A DNA stretch of 64,000 bases from a virus (taxonomy: Duplodnaviria > Caudoviricetes). The notes beneath the pieces are model-generated. The model searched no databases. It was not told the DNA's origin and worked only from the letters and a program-made list of their open reading frames with translations. The DNA lies in IMG/VR virus record IMGVR_UViG_3300042554_001750. One strand, 5' to 3'. Every line of letters begins with the position of its first letter. Within the stretch, counting starts at the first letter, position 1. Both the position numbers and the translations under genes were made by a program. This document shows, in pieces, positions 18,509 to 28,159 of the stretch.

Positions 18509-20350
18509 TTAAGTTAATTCTTGCCAACCTAGTTCAGCCAACACATCAGCGTTGTTTGCGGTAGCGGCAATCGCTAATGTAACAACATCACTGACGCCGG
18601 CTAAAGTTCTACCTAACTGAAACTGAAAATAATCCACAGCACTGAGTTGTGCAAGTTCTCTGCTGGCAGCGTAGCCTGACTGAATTTCTATTCCACCTGA
18701 TATAGCAGTAGCCGCTAAGTCAATGTCTACCGTGCCAGTGGGGCTAGTAGAAGCAAAAGTAGCACCAGTCAGTGTTGGATTCTGTAACAATACCCAACGA
18801 TAGTAGTTTACACTAGGACTCAGTACGTCAATCTGTCGGGGAAATACTATACTGTCCAATCTGCTGGAGTTTAATTTAATGCTAACAATAGGATAATAAG
18901 TGTTGGCGTTGGACAGACGTTTTGCTGTAGTACCTGTACCAGCGCTTTGAGTAGTACCAAAACTATTATAACCACCTTCACTAATAACAGTGCTACAAAT
19001 TTGTGTCATTTGACTAGCACCGGCAGTTGCACCCGTGTTAGTAATCTCATAACGAATCGGCAATGTAGCCGTAGTCATATACACTTTGGTATTGCCAGTT
19101 TGATTAGCGTGTTGGAATGTGTGGCATATAATATACTGCCCGTTAATGATAAATCCCACACGTACATTACCTACACCCAACCACTCAACATCAGCGTAAT
19201 AAATCTGTGTGCGATTTGGATATAATGTAATACCTGATGGATTGTTAGCACCACCTGCACCGTTCAATCTATCACCATTCCAAGCATCTTGTCTTACTCT
19301 TTCTTCTACACCAGTAGATGCTGAACGAATGACCATATAGTTATATGTGCCATCGTTTTCAAAGAATACACCATCATTAGCACCAAACAATCCCACACGC
19401 TGGCGTAGATTTGTTTTTGGTGTATTCATACAGAATGTAAGCAATGTTAGTTGGCTCTTACCTGGCTGATAAGGAAATACTTTCATTGTTTCTCTTATCA
19501 CACTATCGTTCACAGATGACCCCACATTGAGTTGAAAACTACTTTGGTTAGCTACATAAACAACATTTGCTATACCATTGATAGCACTACTAAACTGTTG
19601 ATGGTCGTAATAACGACTGTTGGTATCAAATAGTGTATAGGGATTGCTTACACGCAAACGACCAAATGCGTCACTTGTTGCTCCGCTAAATCCTGAAATA
19701 ATAACATTGGCATTACTGTCTAATGTTGCGTTGACATTACCTGACACTACCCAAGGACTAGTACCTTGCTGCACTGTTACATTACCACCAGTGATGTTAG
19801 CGTTGACATTGGGCATCGTGCCTATATTGACATTACCTGTAACACCAACATTACCACTTACTGGTAGAGTATTACCTGTTAGAACAACATTACCTAAACT
19901 TGTTACACCTACATTTCCTGACACACTGGCATTAACATTAGGCATAGTGCCGATATTAACATTACCTGTCACACCGACATTGCCGTCAATAGTAAGACTA
20001 CCGCCACCATCTACTACCGTAACATTACCTGTGATACCCGCAATATTTCCTGTAATACTACTAACTGCTACAGTACCTGTTACTATGGCATTGACATTAC
20101 CACCTGATATAGTAACATTGCTGTTGCCGTCTATACTGACCGGCATCCAAGGAACTGTTAATTCACCACTTGTTCCAATTTGTGAAACATGTGAGTCAAC
20201 ATTCCCAGGAATGTTGACGTTTCCATCAATAACAATATTGCCAGTAAACCCGGTTCTAACATACACATTACCTGAGGCTTCATCTAAGGCTAGTGCCTGG
20301 TTGATGTTTCGTAAGTACCAGGGACTTACATTGCTGGGATTTGGTTCCAT
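18509..20350 (-). CDS. Probable virion structural protein with Gly/Asn/Val beta-repeat N-terminal half
   Basis: Repeated GNV units, GNVGVTGNVNIGTMPNVNA twice; DAFGRLRVSNPYTLFD domain typical of phage virion proteins; late motif 20375-20381. Confidence 0.6.
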   Translation of the reverse strand: MEPNPSNVSPWYLRNINQALALDEASGNVYVRTGFTGNIVIDGNVNIPGNVDSHVSQIGTSGELTVPWMPVSIDGNSNVTISGGNVNAIVTGTVAVSSITGNIAGITGNVTVVDGGGSLTIDGNVGVTGNVNIGTMPNVNASVSGNVGVTSLGNVVLTGNTLPVSGNVGVTGNVNIGTMPNVNANITGGNVTVQQGTSPWVVSGNVNATLDSNANVIISGFSGATSDAFGRLRVSNPYTLFDTNSRYYDHQQFSSAINGIANVVYVANQSSFQLNVGSSVNDSVIRETMKVFPYQPGKSQLTLLTFCMNTPKTNLRQRVGLFGANDGVFFENDGTYNYMVIRSASTGVEERVRQDAWNGDRLNGAGGANNPSGITLYPNRTQIYYADVEWLGVGNVRVGFIINGQYIICHTFQHANQTGNTKVYMTTATLPIRYEITNTGATAGASQMTQICSTVISEGGYNSFGTTQSAGTGTTAKRLSNANTYYPIVSIKLNSSRLDSIVFPRQIDVLSPSVNYYRWVLLQNPTLTGATFASTSPTGTVDIDLAATAISGGIEIQSGYAASRELAQLSAVDYFQFQLGRTLAGVSDVVTLAIAATANNADVLAELGWQELT

Positions 20351-20384
20351 TTAACTCTCACCTTGTTATGAGAGTATTTATCGT

Positions 20385-21083
20385 TTATTTAATATCTAAT
20401 GGTCTTGCTTTAGTAGCAACAATACAGAAATATTTTTCTTTGACAGGAACGGGTTGACCGTCTTGACCCTGCATGTTTAAATCAAATTCTAAATTATTAA
20501 ACTGATTAATATCAAACCCGGTGCGCTGCAACAATGCTGCTAATTGCGTAGATCCTAATATGCTGTAATGATTTAAGTTGAACTCATGCTTTCTATCACA
20601 ATCGGGCTGGGGAACTTCAATATAAATCTTGCCACCTTGTTTAAGAATACGGTTGTATTCCATCAAACTAAAAATAGGATATGGGCTATGTTCTAATGCA
20701 TGACGCAAGAAAATAAAGTCCACGGATTCATCATAATATCCGTCTTTTTGAGGGATAAAACTTAAGTCATAGGTCTTAACAGTATGACCCTTACTTTGGC
20801 ATAATTCAATATCACCGGGACTTAGTGTGACTCCGGTCAGATCGGTATATCCACGACTTTTCATTTCGTCTAAGAAATAGCCCGGGCCACAACCTAAATC
20901 TAAGATTTTAGAATCTTTAGGTAAATTCAGAGGGTCTATGTAAGTTTGAACTACTTGAGTAGTTAAATCTTTGTGAAATTGACTGTCACCTTCATCGTAA
21001 ATGTGAGCGGTGTACAACCATTCATTATAAAACTTTAATTTGATTAGGTCCAAAGTCGTGTTTATGTCAATTAAGTTCTTCAT
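20385..21083 (-). CDS. Class I SAM-dependent methyltransferase
   Basis: ILDLGCGPG motif I, RHALEH, RILKQGG. Confidence 0.85.
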   Translation of the reverse strand: MKNLIDINTTLDLIKLKFYNEWLYTAHIYDEGDSQFHKDLTTQVVQTYIDPLNLPKDSKILDLGCGPGYFLDEMKSRGYTDLTGVTLSPGDIELCQSKGHTVKTYDLSFIPQKDGYYDESVDFIFLRHALEHSPYPIFSLMEYNRILKQGGKIYIEVPQPDCDRKHEFNLNHYSILGSTQLAALLQRTGFDINQFNNLEFDLNMQGQDGQPVPVKEKYFCIVATKARPLDIK

Positions 21084-21129
21084 TAAAAATCCTATTTTAT
21101 GAATCTACTTATTCAACACAAGCACGCAA

Positions 21130-21513
21130 TTATTTTTTCTTATAGCCCTTAAATGGTTTTAATGTACTAGTTTTATTAGTTGTGGGGTGTTCTTGACTTC
21201 TCAAGTCCCCATTATTCAAGTCTTTAAATTCTGTTCCATTCGCAGCGTATGCCATTTTTAACATGTTGTTTTCTTCAACGGTATATGGAGCTGCTATGTC
21301 ATATCTGCCGGCCCAACTTTCATGATCCATGTCTGGTACAAATGTGCCATCTGTTGCGGCTGCAGCCATCATAATACGGTTTAATTCATATAACCTATCT
21401 GCTAATGTTTCGTCACGGAACTTATGCAGACCTTTAGTAGCATATCTTTGGTAATTTTTCAAATGCCCTGTTTTTTTGGACTCAGAAATAGTTATAAATT
21501 CTTGGGCTCTCAT
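21130..21513 (-). CDS. Hypothetical protein (paralog of 21510..21905 at both termini)
   Basis: MRAQEFITISES ... STLKPFKGYKKK. Confidence 0.7.
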   Translation of the reverse strand: MRAQEFITISESKKTGHLKNYQRYATKGLHKFRDETLADRLYELNRIMMAAAATDGTFVPDMDHESWAGRYDIAAPYTVEENNMLKMAYAANGTEFKDLNNGDLRSQEHPTTNKTSTLKPFKGYKKK

Positions 21514-21905
21514 TTTCTTTTATATCCACTGAAAGGTTTTAATGTACTTTTGATGCCAGTGCCTACTGGTTCTTCGCTTTTTTCAGTAGTTACTAATTTT
21601 GCATCGCCAATGGGGATGTTCATTTGTCTAAGAGCATCATGTAAATATTTTTCTAAAGAATCAACTCCTGCGTATGATACAACTACTTCATTTTCTCCCC
21701 AAACGGTTGTAGTTGCATATTCAGGTACACTATCTTTTTTGCGTTGTTCAGCACCTTTGGCACCTGCTAAAGCAACACCAAATCTATATTGTTTATAGAA
21801 GTCATTATTTTGTAACGAACTGATAACCCAAGCAGCAGGTAAGGTTCTTTGAACCTCAGGTAAAATGCTACCCGTTGATTCGGTGACAAATTCTCTAGCT
21901 CTCAT
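21510..21905 (-). CDS. Hypothetical protein (paralog of 21130..21513 at both termini)
   Basis: MRAREFVTES ... STLKPFSGYKRK. Confidence 0.7.
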   Translation of the reverse strand: MRAREFVTESTGSILPEVQRTLPAAWVISSLQNNDFYKQYRFGVALAGAKGAEQRKKDSVPEYATTTVWGENEVVVSYAGVDSLEKYLHDALRQMNIPIGDAKLVTTEKSEEPVGTGIKSTLKPFSGYKRK

Positions 21906-22444
21906 TAGACATTCTCTGTAGCAATGTCTACCAGATTTTCAGTAGACATAACATTATTGGGAGCGTACCCGTCTAGTTGAATTAATAAACCCGGTTCAGG
22001 TATACCAACAAATGTTACTTCACTAGATATAAAATGAAACAATACCGCGTCACGCAATGGATTAACAAGAATTCTAACATTCCCACCTACTATGTCCATG
22101 TCATAACTAGTAATAGGAGTACCATCAAATGTTGTTGCATATCCTGTCCACTTGACATTGGTGTTAGCATTATTGATGCTAGCTTTTAGTGTAATGTTTT
22201 GAGAGTCAACTGTTCCAGGATCATTACTGCGAATATTGAATATACCCTGACTAAATGCATTTGCAGGGGTTTCAAAAATCACTTGGCCTGCAATATTTCC
22301 TATGGAATATGCATTTGATGTAGTTATTGTCGTAGCAAATAAGTTACTAAAATTGTTGTTGATTTTCTGGAAGGCAACTCGTAACGGGTCACCTGTACCG
22401 TCATTGGGTAATGTACCAACTAAAATAACTTCTTGTGCTGACAT
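21905..22444 (-). CDS. Baseplate/tail protein with T4 gp9/gp10-type N-terminal motif
   Basis: ILVGTLPNDGTGDPLRVAFQKINNNF motif; late motif 22468-22474. Confidence 0.7.
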   Translation of the reverse strand: MSAQEVILVGTLPNDGTGDPLRVAFQKINNNFSNLFATTITTSNAYSIGNIAGQVIFETPANAFSQGIFNIRSNDPGTVDSQNITLKASINNANTNVKWTGYATTFDGTPITSYDMDIVGGNVRILVNPLRDAVLFHFISSEVTFVGIPEPGLLIQLDGYAPNNVMSTENLVDIATENV

Positions 22445-22473
22445 ATTAAAAATCCAAATTGATAATGTATTTA

Positions 22474-22734
22474 TCAGAATCCAAATATGTTTCGCTTAGG
22501 GGCTTCAATAGCCATTGGGCTATTTTTACACTTTTCTGCTAGACTTATGGCTCCAACTTTAGCACTATTGTCTGCATTTTTTGCAATTTCGCTGATAGCT
22601 GACCAACATGCAGTTTGGCTCATAGTGTTATCTTTGCTGATTGCTTTAGCTGCGTCATAATACAATTGATTGTGGTTTGTAGCACAACCAACTGAAAACA
22701 ATGAGGCCATAGATAAAATAATTAAATTTTTCAT
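22474..22734 (-). CDS. Small lipoprotein
   Basis: Signal peptide with lipobox SVG-C. Confidence 0.7.
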   Translation of the reverse strand: MKNLIILSMASLFSVGCATNHNQLYYDAAKAISKDNTMSQTACWSAISEIAKNADNSAKVGAISLAEKCKNSPMAIEAPKRNIFGF

Positions 22735-22753
22735 AGTATTCCTTAATATACGA

Positions 22754-23029
22754 CTATTTTACGCTGTCAAAAATCTTTTTCTGTTCATTATACCATTCTT
22801 GCCAACCATCTACTTTATTAGAACATTGGTAATACAATGAATAGTTCTCAACAATCACTTTTAGCATATCAGTAATAGGAACTGAAGTTCCTTCAACAGT
22901 TTTTAAATCTTCACATTTTTTCATTAACTCAGGTACTGAATCGGGAAACTTCTGTACCACTGGAACTGTTGTTTTAAACATTGCACAGCCGGATAATAGA
23001 AAAACAGGAATAAGAATTAGTAACTTCAT
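22754..23029 (-). CDS. Outer-membrane spanin subunit (Rz1-like lipoprotein)
   Basis: Lipobox LSG-C, two further Cys, overlaps i-spanin stop by 4 nt. Confidence 0.75.
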   Translation of the reverse strand: MKLLILIPVFLLSGCAMFKTTVPVVQKFPDSVPELMKKCEDLKTVEGTSVPITDMLKVIVENYSLYYQCSNKVDGWQEWYNEQKKIFDSVK

Positions 23030-23523
23030 TTCTTATCCCCTTTATTCAATTTTGCTGCGTTATTATGTATGTCTAACAACTCTTTAGGCACGGGACAGTT
23101 TTCTACATACTTGATAACTTCTTCAACGCGAACTCTTTCAGGGCCCTCAACTGTTTGAAGGACTGTACGGTCTTTATATCTATCAACATACTTGATGATA
23201 GTCTCGCCCTTTTCTTTGATTACTTTCCCTTTGTCTGCAACTGACGCTTGCAGTTCTGTGTTTAGTCTTGCAGACTCAGCCTCAGCCTTTGCAACTTTGG
23301 CTTCCATTTCTTTGACTTTTAGTTCCCATTCTTTGTAGTCAGCCAGTCCCCCTTCAAGGTAAAGCCCTAATGAAAAAACTAAAATACTAATAATCTGAAC
23401 TGGTAATTTGTATTTACCGATCAAGGGAACAAATCCTAGTACGAAACCAGCGATTAGTCCCAATATGCCTATAGCAAAAATTAAGTGTATTATGAATTCA
23501 GGTAAAACAGAAAGTATAAACAT
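23026..23523 (-). CDS. Inner-membrane spanin subunit (Rz-like)
   Basis: N-terminal hydrophobic segments, long coiled coil, C-terminal Cys (ENCPVP), followed by lipoprotein. Confidence 0.7.
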   Translation of the reverse strand: MFILSVLPEFIIHLIFAIGILGLIAGFVLGFVPLIGKYKLPVQIISILVFSLGLYLEGGLADYKEWELKVKEMEAKVAKAEAESARLNTELQASVADKGKVIKEKGETIIKYVDRYKDRTVLQTVEGPERVRVEEVIKYVENCPVPKELLDIHNNAAKLNKGDKK

Positions 23524-23531
23524 ATCCTTAT

Positions 23532-24611
23532 TTATGCGTGTTTATAAAACTCTTTTACCTTATTAACAATGTATTCTACTTCATTGTCCGTCAATTCAGG
23601 ATAAATTGGTAAACTTAGTACACCGCGCATAAGCATAAAACTAGTGCTTAACATGTTGGGTTTTATTTTAATGTTAGATGCAATTTCTAGTTCTGCTAGG
23701 GTATAATCATAATGTATTTTGCTGTCTATACCCGATACTAATAAATGCGTATGCAAACTGTTTCTATGCTCAGGAGTGTAAATAACAAACTTTTGATTGC
23801 TATGCGGAATATCAAAATCGTCACTTAAACACTTAACATAATTACTCAATTCATTAACATAAAATTGTCGTATTTGTTCTCTACGGTGTTGCCAGCTATC
23901 TAAATATTTGGTTCTAACTAGTATTTGAGCACAATCTTGCTCACTCATTTTTGTGTTACTTCCAGCAAAATCAAAATTAGGTTTGCCATTATTTCTTTGT
24001 TTAACGGCGTAATTATAAAAATCTTGATCGTTAGTGACGATAGCCCCTCCATTACCAGTGCTAGGCAAATTTTTAGTTGGGTCAAAACTTATAGACATAG
24101 CTAAACCAATATTGCCATCCGCTACTAACCAATGCTGCGCACCATCAACAATAATGTTTTTACCGTCTGTAAATTCTAAATCATGCCACGGACTTCTACC
24201 ATACAAACCAACTAAACAATATGTTTCCGCTACTGTCATTGATTTCTCTGATAGAATGCCATATTTGTCAGTATCTCTTAGTTCTATATTAATATCCTTA
24301 CTGACAAAGGCATTTAATGTAGCTGGATAGCTTATATTTGGTAAGACCACTGGAGGTTCAAAATTGCCAAAATATAAGTGCTTAATTTTAATATATTCAG
24401 CAATAATTTCTAACGCTTGTGTGCCACTATGCACGGTAATGGCGTAATCACTGCCGGTTTTAAACCTAAGCCAATTCTCAAATTGTCTAGTAAAAGGCCC
24501 GTCTAGGAACTGACCAGATTGTAATACCTGATCAGTTGCATCTAGTAATTCATCCCTCAGTTGCTTGCTTTGTCTTTGAAGACCAAAATGGGCTATTGTT
24601 AAGCCAGTCAT
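23532..24611 (-). CDS. DegT/DnrJ/EryC1/StrS PLP-dependent sugar aminotransferase
   Basis: VHSGTQAL, DGAQH, SFDPTKNL (PLP Lys) GNGGA, LSLPIYPEL. Confidence 0.9.
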   Translation of the reverse strand: MTGLTIAHFGLQRQSKQLRDELLDATDQVLQSGQFLDGPFTRQFENWLRFKTGSDYAITVHSGTQALEIIAEYIKIKHLYFGNFEPPVVLPNISYPATLNAFVSKDINIELRDTDKYGILSEKSMTVAETYCLVGLYGRSPWHDLEFTDGKNIIVDGAQHWLVADGNIGLAMSISFDPTKNLPSTGNGGAIVTNDQDFYNYAVKQRNNGKPNFDFAGSNTKMSEQDCAQILVRTKYLDSWQHRREQIRQFYVNELSNYVKCLSDDFDIPHSNQKFVIYTPEHRNSLHTHLLVSGIDSKIHYDYTLAELEIASNIKIKPNMLSTSFMLMRGVLSLPIYPELTDNEVEYIVNKVKEFYKHA

Positions 24612-25536
24612 AGTATAGTTGAAATCCTTCTTCTACATCAACCTTAGGATCATAATCAAAATCTTTGCGGGCACTATCAATGTTCAATGCTCCGCGACTT
24701 GGAAAATCAACATCTTTATCCTGAACTTCAATCGTTCCTTTACCTGCAATTTTAACTGCCAATTCAGCAGCATACAGTAAACTACGGCTATGTGATTTTG
24801 TTATATTGTAAGTTTTGTTATTAGTGTTTTCACTTAAGCTTGCTCTGACGATTCCTTCGGCTGCGTCTTCAACATAGGTGAAGTCAAGGGTCTCTGTTGC
24901 TCCATTAACCTTGAGCACTCCACCGCGCATTGCAGTGAGCATGAATTTCGCAATAACTCTATCTTCCACATCAAGCGGGCCGTAAACAGCACTAGGGCGA
25001 ATGATAACATGATCAAAACAGCCTCTGCGAGTGTAATCTTTAACCAGGTGTTCCCCGGCGAGTTTGAGTATTCCATATTGTCCTTGTGGTTTGCAGTTAT
25101 AATCTTCAGTTACATCATCAGTAAAGTCACCATAGACCATACTTGAACTGATATAGATAAATTTCTTTACTTTGAATTTTTTGCTTAATTCAAGTAGATT
25201 AAGCAAGCCTTCACTCATTACTTGACTACCCCATATGGGATTAGCATTAACTACTTTTTGTCTAGGGAAGCTAGCCATGTGTATGATTGTATCAAACTTA
25301 TTGCTAGCAAAAAGATATTCCATATTTCTATAATCACAAATATCATATCTGTAAAAATTAGTATATGGAATCTTTTTCATCCGTTCTGTCATCAGATAAT
25401 CAATTTCATCTTGTGGAATAATTCCATAATTTGTTTTGATATCTGTTACAACTACATTCTGATTTAATTTTTGTAGTTTGTGTACTACATGGTGGCCTAT
25501 TAAACCTAACCCACCAGTAACTAATATTTTACTCAT
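24550..25536 (-). CDS. NAD-dependent sugar epimerase/dehydratase (extended SDR)
   Basis: VTGGLGLIG, SSSMVYG, YGILK, RPSAVYGP. Confidence 0.9.
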   Translation of the reverse strand: MSKILVTGGLGLIGHHVVHKLQKLNQNVVVTDIKTNYGIIPQDEIDYLMTERMKKIPYTNFYRYDICDYRNMEYLFASNKFDTIIHMASFPRQKVVNANPIWGSQVMSEGLLNLLELSKKFKVKKFIYISSSMVYGDFTDDVTEDYNCKPQGQYGILKLAGEHLVKDYTRRGCFDHVIIRPSAVYGPLDVEDRVIAKFMLTAMRGGVLKVNGATETLDFTYVEDAAEGIVRASLSENTNNKTYNITKSHSRSLLYAAELAVKIAGKGTIEVQDKDVDFPSRGALNIDSARKDFDYDPKVDVEEGFQLYYDWLNNSPFWSSKTKQATEG

Positions 25537-25825
25537 ATTTTAACCTATAGTAAGTATAGTCTTTTTCAGTTAGATAAGCACAAATATGATATTCGTACCC
25601 ATATGCTCTGTAATCAACTTTTTTGTGATATGTGGGACTGGGCATAGAATGCCTCATTACCCACTTGCCTTTTTCAGTTTGTTGCCATTTATAAATTGGT
25701 TCTGCAATATAAATTTCAGGATCTTCTACATCACCCATGGTTATTGTATGTACATGGACTCTGTAATTTTTTGAGGTTGCAAACTCATCCATTTCAAACA
25801 GCCATTTTGGCTTTAAGTGGGCCAT
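25529..25825 (-). CDS. Hypothetical protein
   Basis: 98 aa ORF in operon. Confidence 0.55.
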   Translation of the reverse strand: MAHLKPKWLFEMDEFATSKNYRVHVHTITMGDVEDPEIYIAEPIYKWQQTEKGKWVMRHSMPSPTYHKKVDYRAYGYEYHICAYLTEKDYTYYRLKYE

Positions 25826-26711
25826 GACATTGATATCCTTCTAGTGTAATATCTTCCATTGATATATCAAAAATATTAGTTTTATCCTTGTTCAAAGATA
25901 GAGTAGGCAATGGGAATTCTGTTCTTGTTAATTGCTCTTTGACCTGTTCAACGTGGTCTTTGTAAATATGCGTATCGCCAGTGCTAATAACTAATTCACC
26001 TACTTTGTATCCACAATGATGTGCAATCAAATGAGTTAGTAACGCATAACTCGCATAATTAAATGGGGCACCCAAAAAAACATCCTGACTTCTTTGATAC
26101 ATGTGGCAGCTCAATTCTTTATTTTTATTGACATAGAATTGACTCATGACATGACAGGGCGGTAATGCCATTTGATCCATTTCGGCAACATTCCAAGCAC
26201 TTAAAATATGTCTACGACCGTTGGGATCATTTTGCAATCCTTCAATCAAATTCTTTAATTGATCTACTTCAGTTCTATCAACTGCTACCCGATCACCGCC
26301 GAGGTGCGCTTTACCGAAGTTCCACCTCTCCGTATTCTTTTGCCAATGGCGCCACTGTACGCCGTATACCCTGCCGAGGTCACCTTCATATTTCGCTTTC
26401 GGCTTCCAATAGGGTGCAAGCGCATTTGGCGTCCAGATAGTAACCTTTCCTTCTGTGTTATCCTTACCGTGGGTGAGTTCTGCCAATCTACGTTCGTCAC
26501 CACTCCCTTCAATAAACCAGAGAAGTTCACCGACACAAGCTTTCCATGCAAGCTTTTTAGTAGTGATAGCGGGAAAGCCTCTACGCAAATCAAAGCGAAG
26601 ATGACGGCCAAAAACACTATAGGTGCCAACACCAGTTCTATCATCTTTTAGTTCTCCATTATCTAATATATCTTGTAATAATTCGTGATATTGCTTCATC
26701 GTTTTTTCCAA
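25794..26711 (-). CDS. thyA: Thymidylate synthase
   Basis: DRTGVGT, GRVYGVQWR, ALPPCH catalytic Cys, YQRS.D..LG.PFN. Confidence 0.97.
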   Translation of the reverse strand: MEKTMKQYHELLQDILDNGELKDDRTGVGTYSVFGRHLRFDLRRGFPAITTKKLAWKACVGELLWFIEGSGDERRLAELTHGKDNTEGKVTIWTPNALAPYWKPKAKYEGDLGRVYGVQWRHWQKNTERWNFGKAHLGGDRVAVDRTEVDQLKNLIEGLQNDPNGRRHILSAWNVAEMDQMALPPCHVMSQFYVNKNKELSCHMYQRSQDVFLGAPFNYASYALLTHLIAHHCGYKVGELVISTGDTHIYKDHVEQVKEQLTRTEFPLPTLSLNKDKTNIFDISMEDITLEGYQCHGPLKAKMAV

Positions 26712-27151
26712 ATTTCGTATGTATGGTCTGGATGTTCTTGCATTGAGACCATAGAAAATGTTTCTTTTAATTGTACTAAATCTATAAAAGTATCACAAGT
26801 GTATTCGGATATAGTTCTTGTTAAATAAATTTCATCTATTAAATCCCAACAACTATTAATAAGTTTTGCTCCACCAATTATCCAAACATTTTTAAATTGA
26901 GTAAAATGCGATAAGTCACTTATTCTTATTGCGCCAGGCGGAAGAATCAATTCTTGTGATGACACAATTAAATTCAATCTGCCGGATAATGGTTTCTTAG
27001 GTAGACTTTCCCAAGTATTTCTACCCATGACTACAACACCATTGTTAGTAAGATGTTTAAATCTTGGCAAATCGCCCTGAATGTTACTCCAGGGCAATTT
27101 GTTGTTGTAGCCTATTCCACCGTTTGGGTCACATGCTACAATTAGTTTCAT
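26696..27151 (-). CDS. folA: Dihydrofolate reductase
   Basis: IGYNNKLPW, D..RFK, VVMGRNTWESLP, L.GR, IIGG. Confidence 0.95.
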   Translation of the reverse strand: MKLIVACDPNGGIGYNNKLPWSNIQGDLPRFKHLTNNGVVVMGRNTWESLPKKPLSGRLNLIVSSQELILPPGAIRISDLSHFTQFKNVWIIGGAKLINSCWDLIDEIYLTRTISEYTCDTFIDLVQLKETFSMVSMQEHPDHTYEIWKKR

Positions 27152-27444
27152 AGTTTATTAAGTAGTTTGTCTGTCTCAGGTTGTACTGTGTCTGCTATAT
27201 TTTGAACGTTTAGCACAAATTCTACGCTAACAATTTCCTCATCTAATTCATGCAATCTGCGTCCAACTGCTTCTTCAATTTGATCGGGTTCAAGTCCTTG
27301 ATTTAGAAACTTTTCAACATTAATTGTTGTTTGTCTTTTACCTTCTAATTTAACAATTATTTTTTTGATAAACTGTACTGGTATTTTTTGTTTCTCTATA
27401 TCTTCAAGAATATGTTCCCATTTAGATACGAATTCTGGGCTCAT
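27148..27444 (-). CDS. Hypothetical protein
   Basis: 98 aa ORF coupled to neighbours. Confidence 0.65.
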   Translation of the reverse strand: MSPEFVSKWEHILEDIEKQKIPVQFIKKIIVKLEGKRQTTINVEKFLNQGLEPDQIEEAVGRRLHELDEEIVSVEFVLNVQNIADTVQPETDKLLNKL

Positions 27445-28103
27445 TATGCACTAACTTTGGTTTTTGTCTTTCTAGTTTTAGTAACTTTAGTTTCAATAGC
27501 AGGAGTAGGATCCATTGATGCAGCTTCTTTTAAGAGGCGTTCACTTTCAGCAATTAATCCTTTTGCCTCAGCAGCCATTTTAGCAGCCTGTTGACGCAAA
27601 TTATTTGCCAAGTCCATATCACCCATTAATCCTTGGGTAGAAGGTACATTATTAGTGTTTTGATTTCCACGCATTCTGCGCACAACATCTTGTGGATCCT
27701 GCAAGCCCATAGACTTATCCATTTCAGCCAAACGCTTCACAGCATCTTCACCTTGTTTCATCTCATCAAGAATCTTATTCAATTCGTTGAGCTTGATCTT
27801 GGTATTAGATTGCGGTGTCATAACAATCAATTCTGTGTTGACCTTCTTAAGCTGTCCTTCCATGTGCAATACCTGTAACATGGGTCTACCATCTTTTGTG
27901 AAAGTGCGATTTAATGCGTCGGCTAGATTCTCGCTACTTTGACCAATATCACTTTCAATGCACTTCATCATTGGGTCGTGAATATGTTGGTTCAATGTTT
28001 CAGTATATGTAACCAAGCACATATGAGGTTCTCCGGGAACTTCACGGAAAATAACTGCTACTTTGCGGTCACCGTGTTTCCCAACGTGTCGTGTAAAACT
28101 CAT
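27444..28103 (-). CDS. Hypothetical protein with C-terminal coiled coil
   Basis: 219 aa, AAGGAG RBS, GTAAATA motif upstream. Confidence 0.7.
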   Translation of the reverse strand: MSFTRHVGKHGDRKVAVIFREVPGEPHMCLVTYTETLNQHIHDPMMKCIESDIGQSSENLADALNRTFTKDGRPMLQVLHMEGQLKKVNTELIVMTPQSNTKIKLNELNKILDEMKQGEDAVKRLAEMDKSMGLQDPQDVVRRMRGNQNTNNVPSTQGLMGDMDLANNLRQQAAKMAAEAKGLIAESERLLKEAASMDPTPAIETKVTKTRKTKTKVSA

Positions 28104-28159
28104 ACTGTGTTCTCCTTATAGCTTGTATTTACAGTTAGAAGATAGATGCAGAAAAAAAG

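Noticed and set aside
19644-20354. 236-aa plus-strand ORF
   Set aside because: Antisense shadow of the GNV repeat region; no RBS or independent motifs
26285-26644. Alternative-frame 119-aa ORF inside thyA
   Set aside because: Fully nested in a conserved enzyme gene, no RBS or recognisable motif
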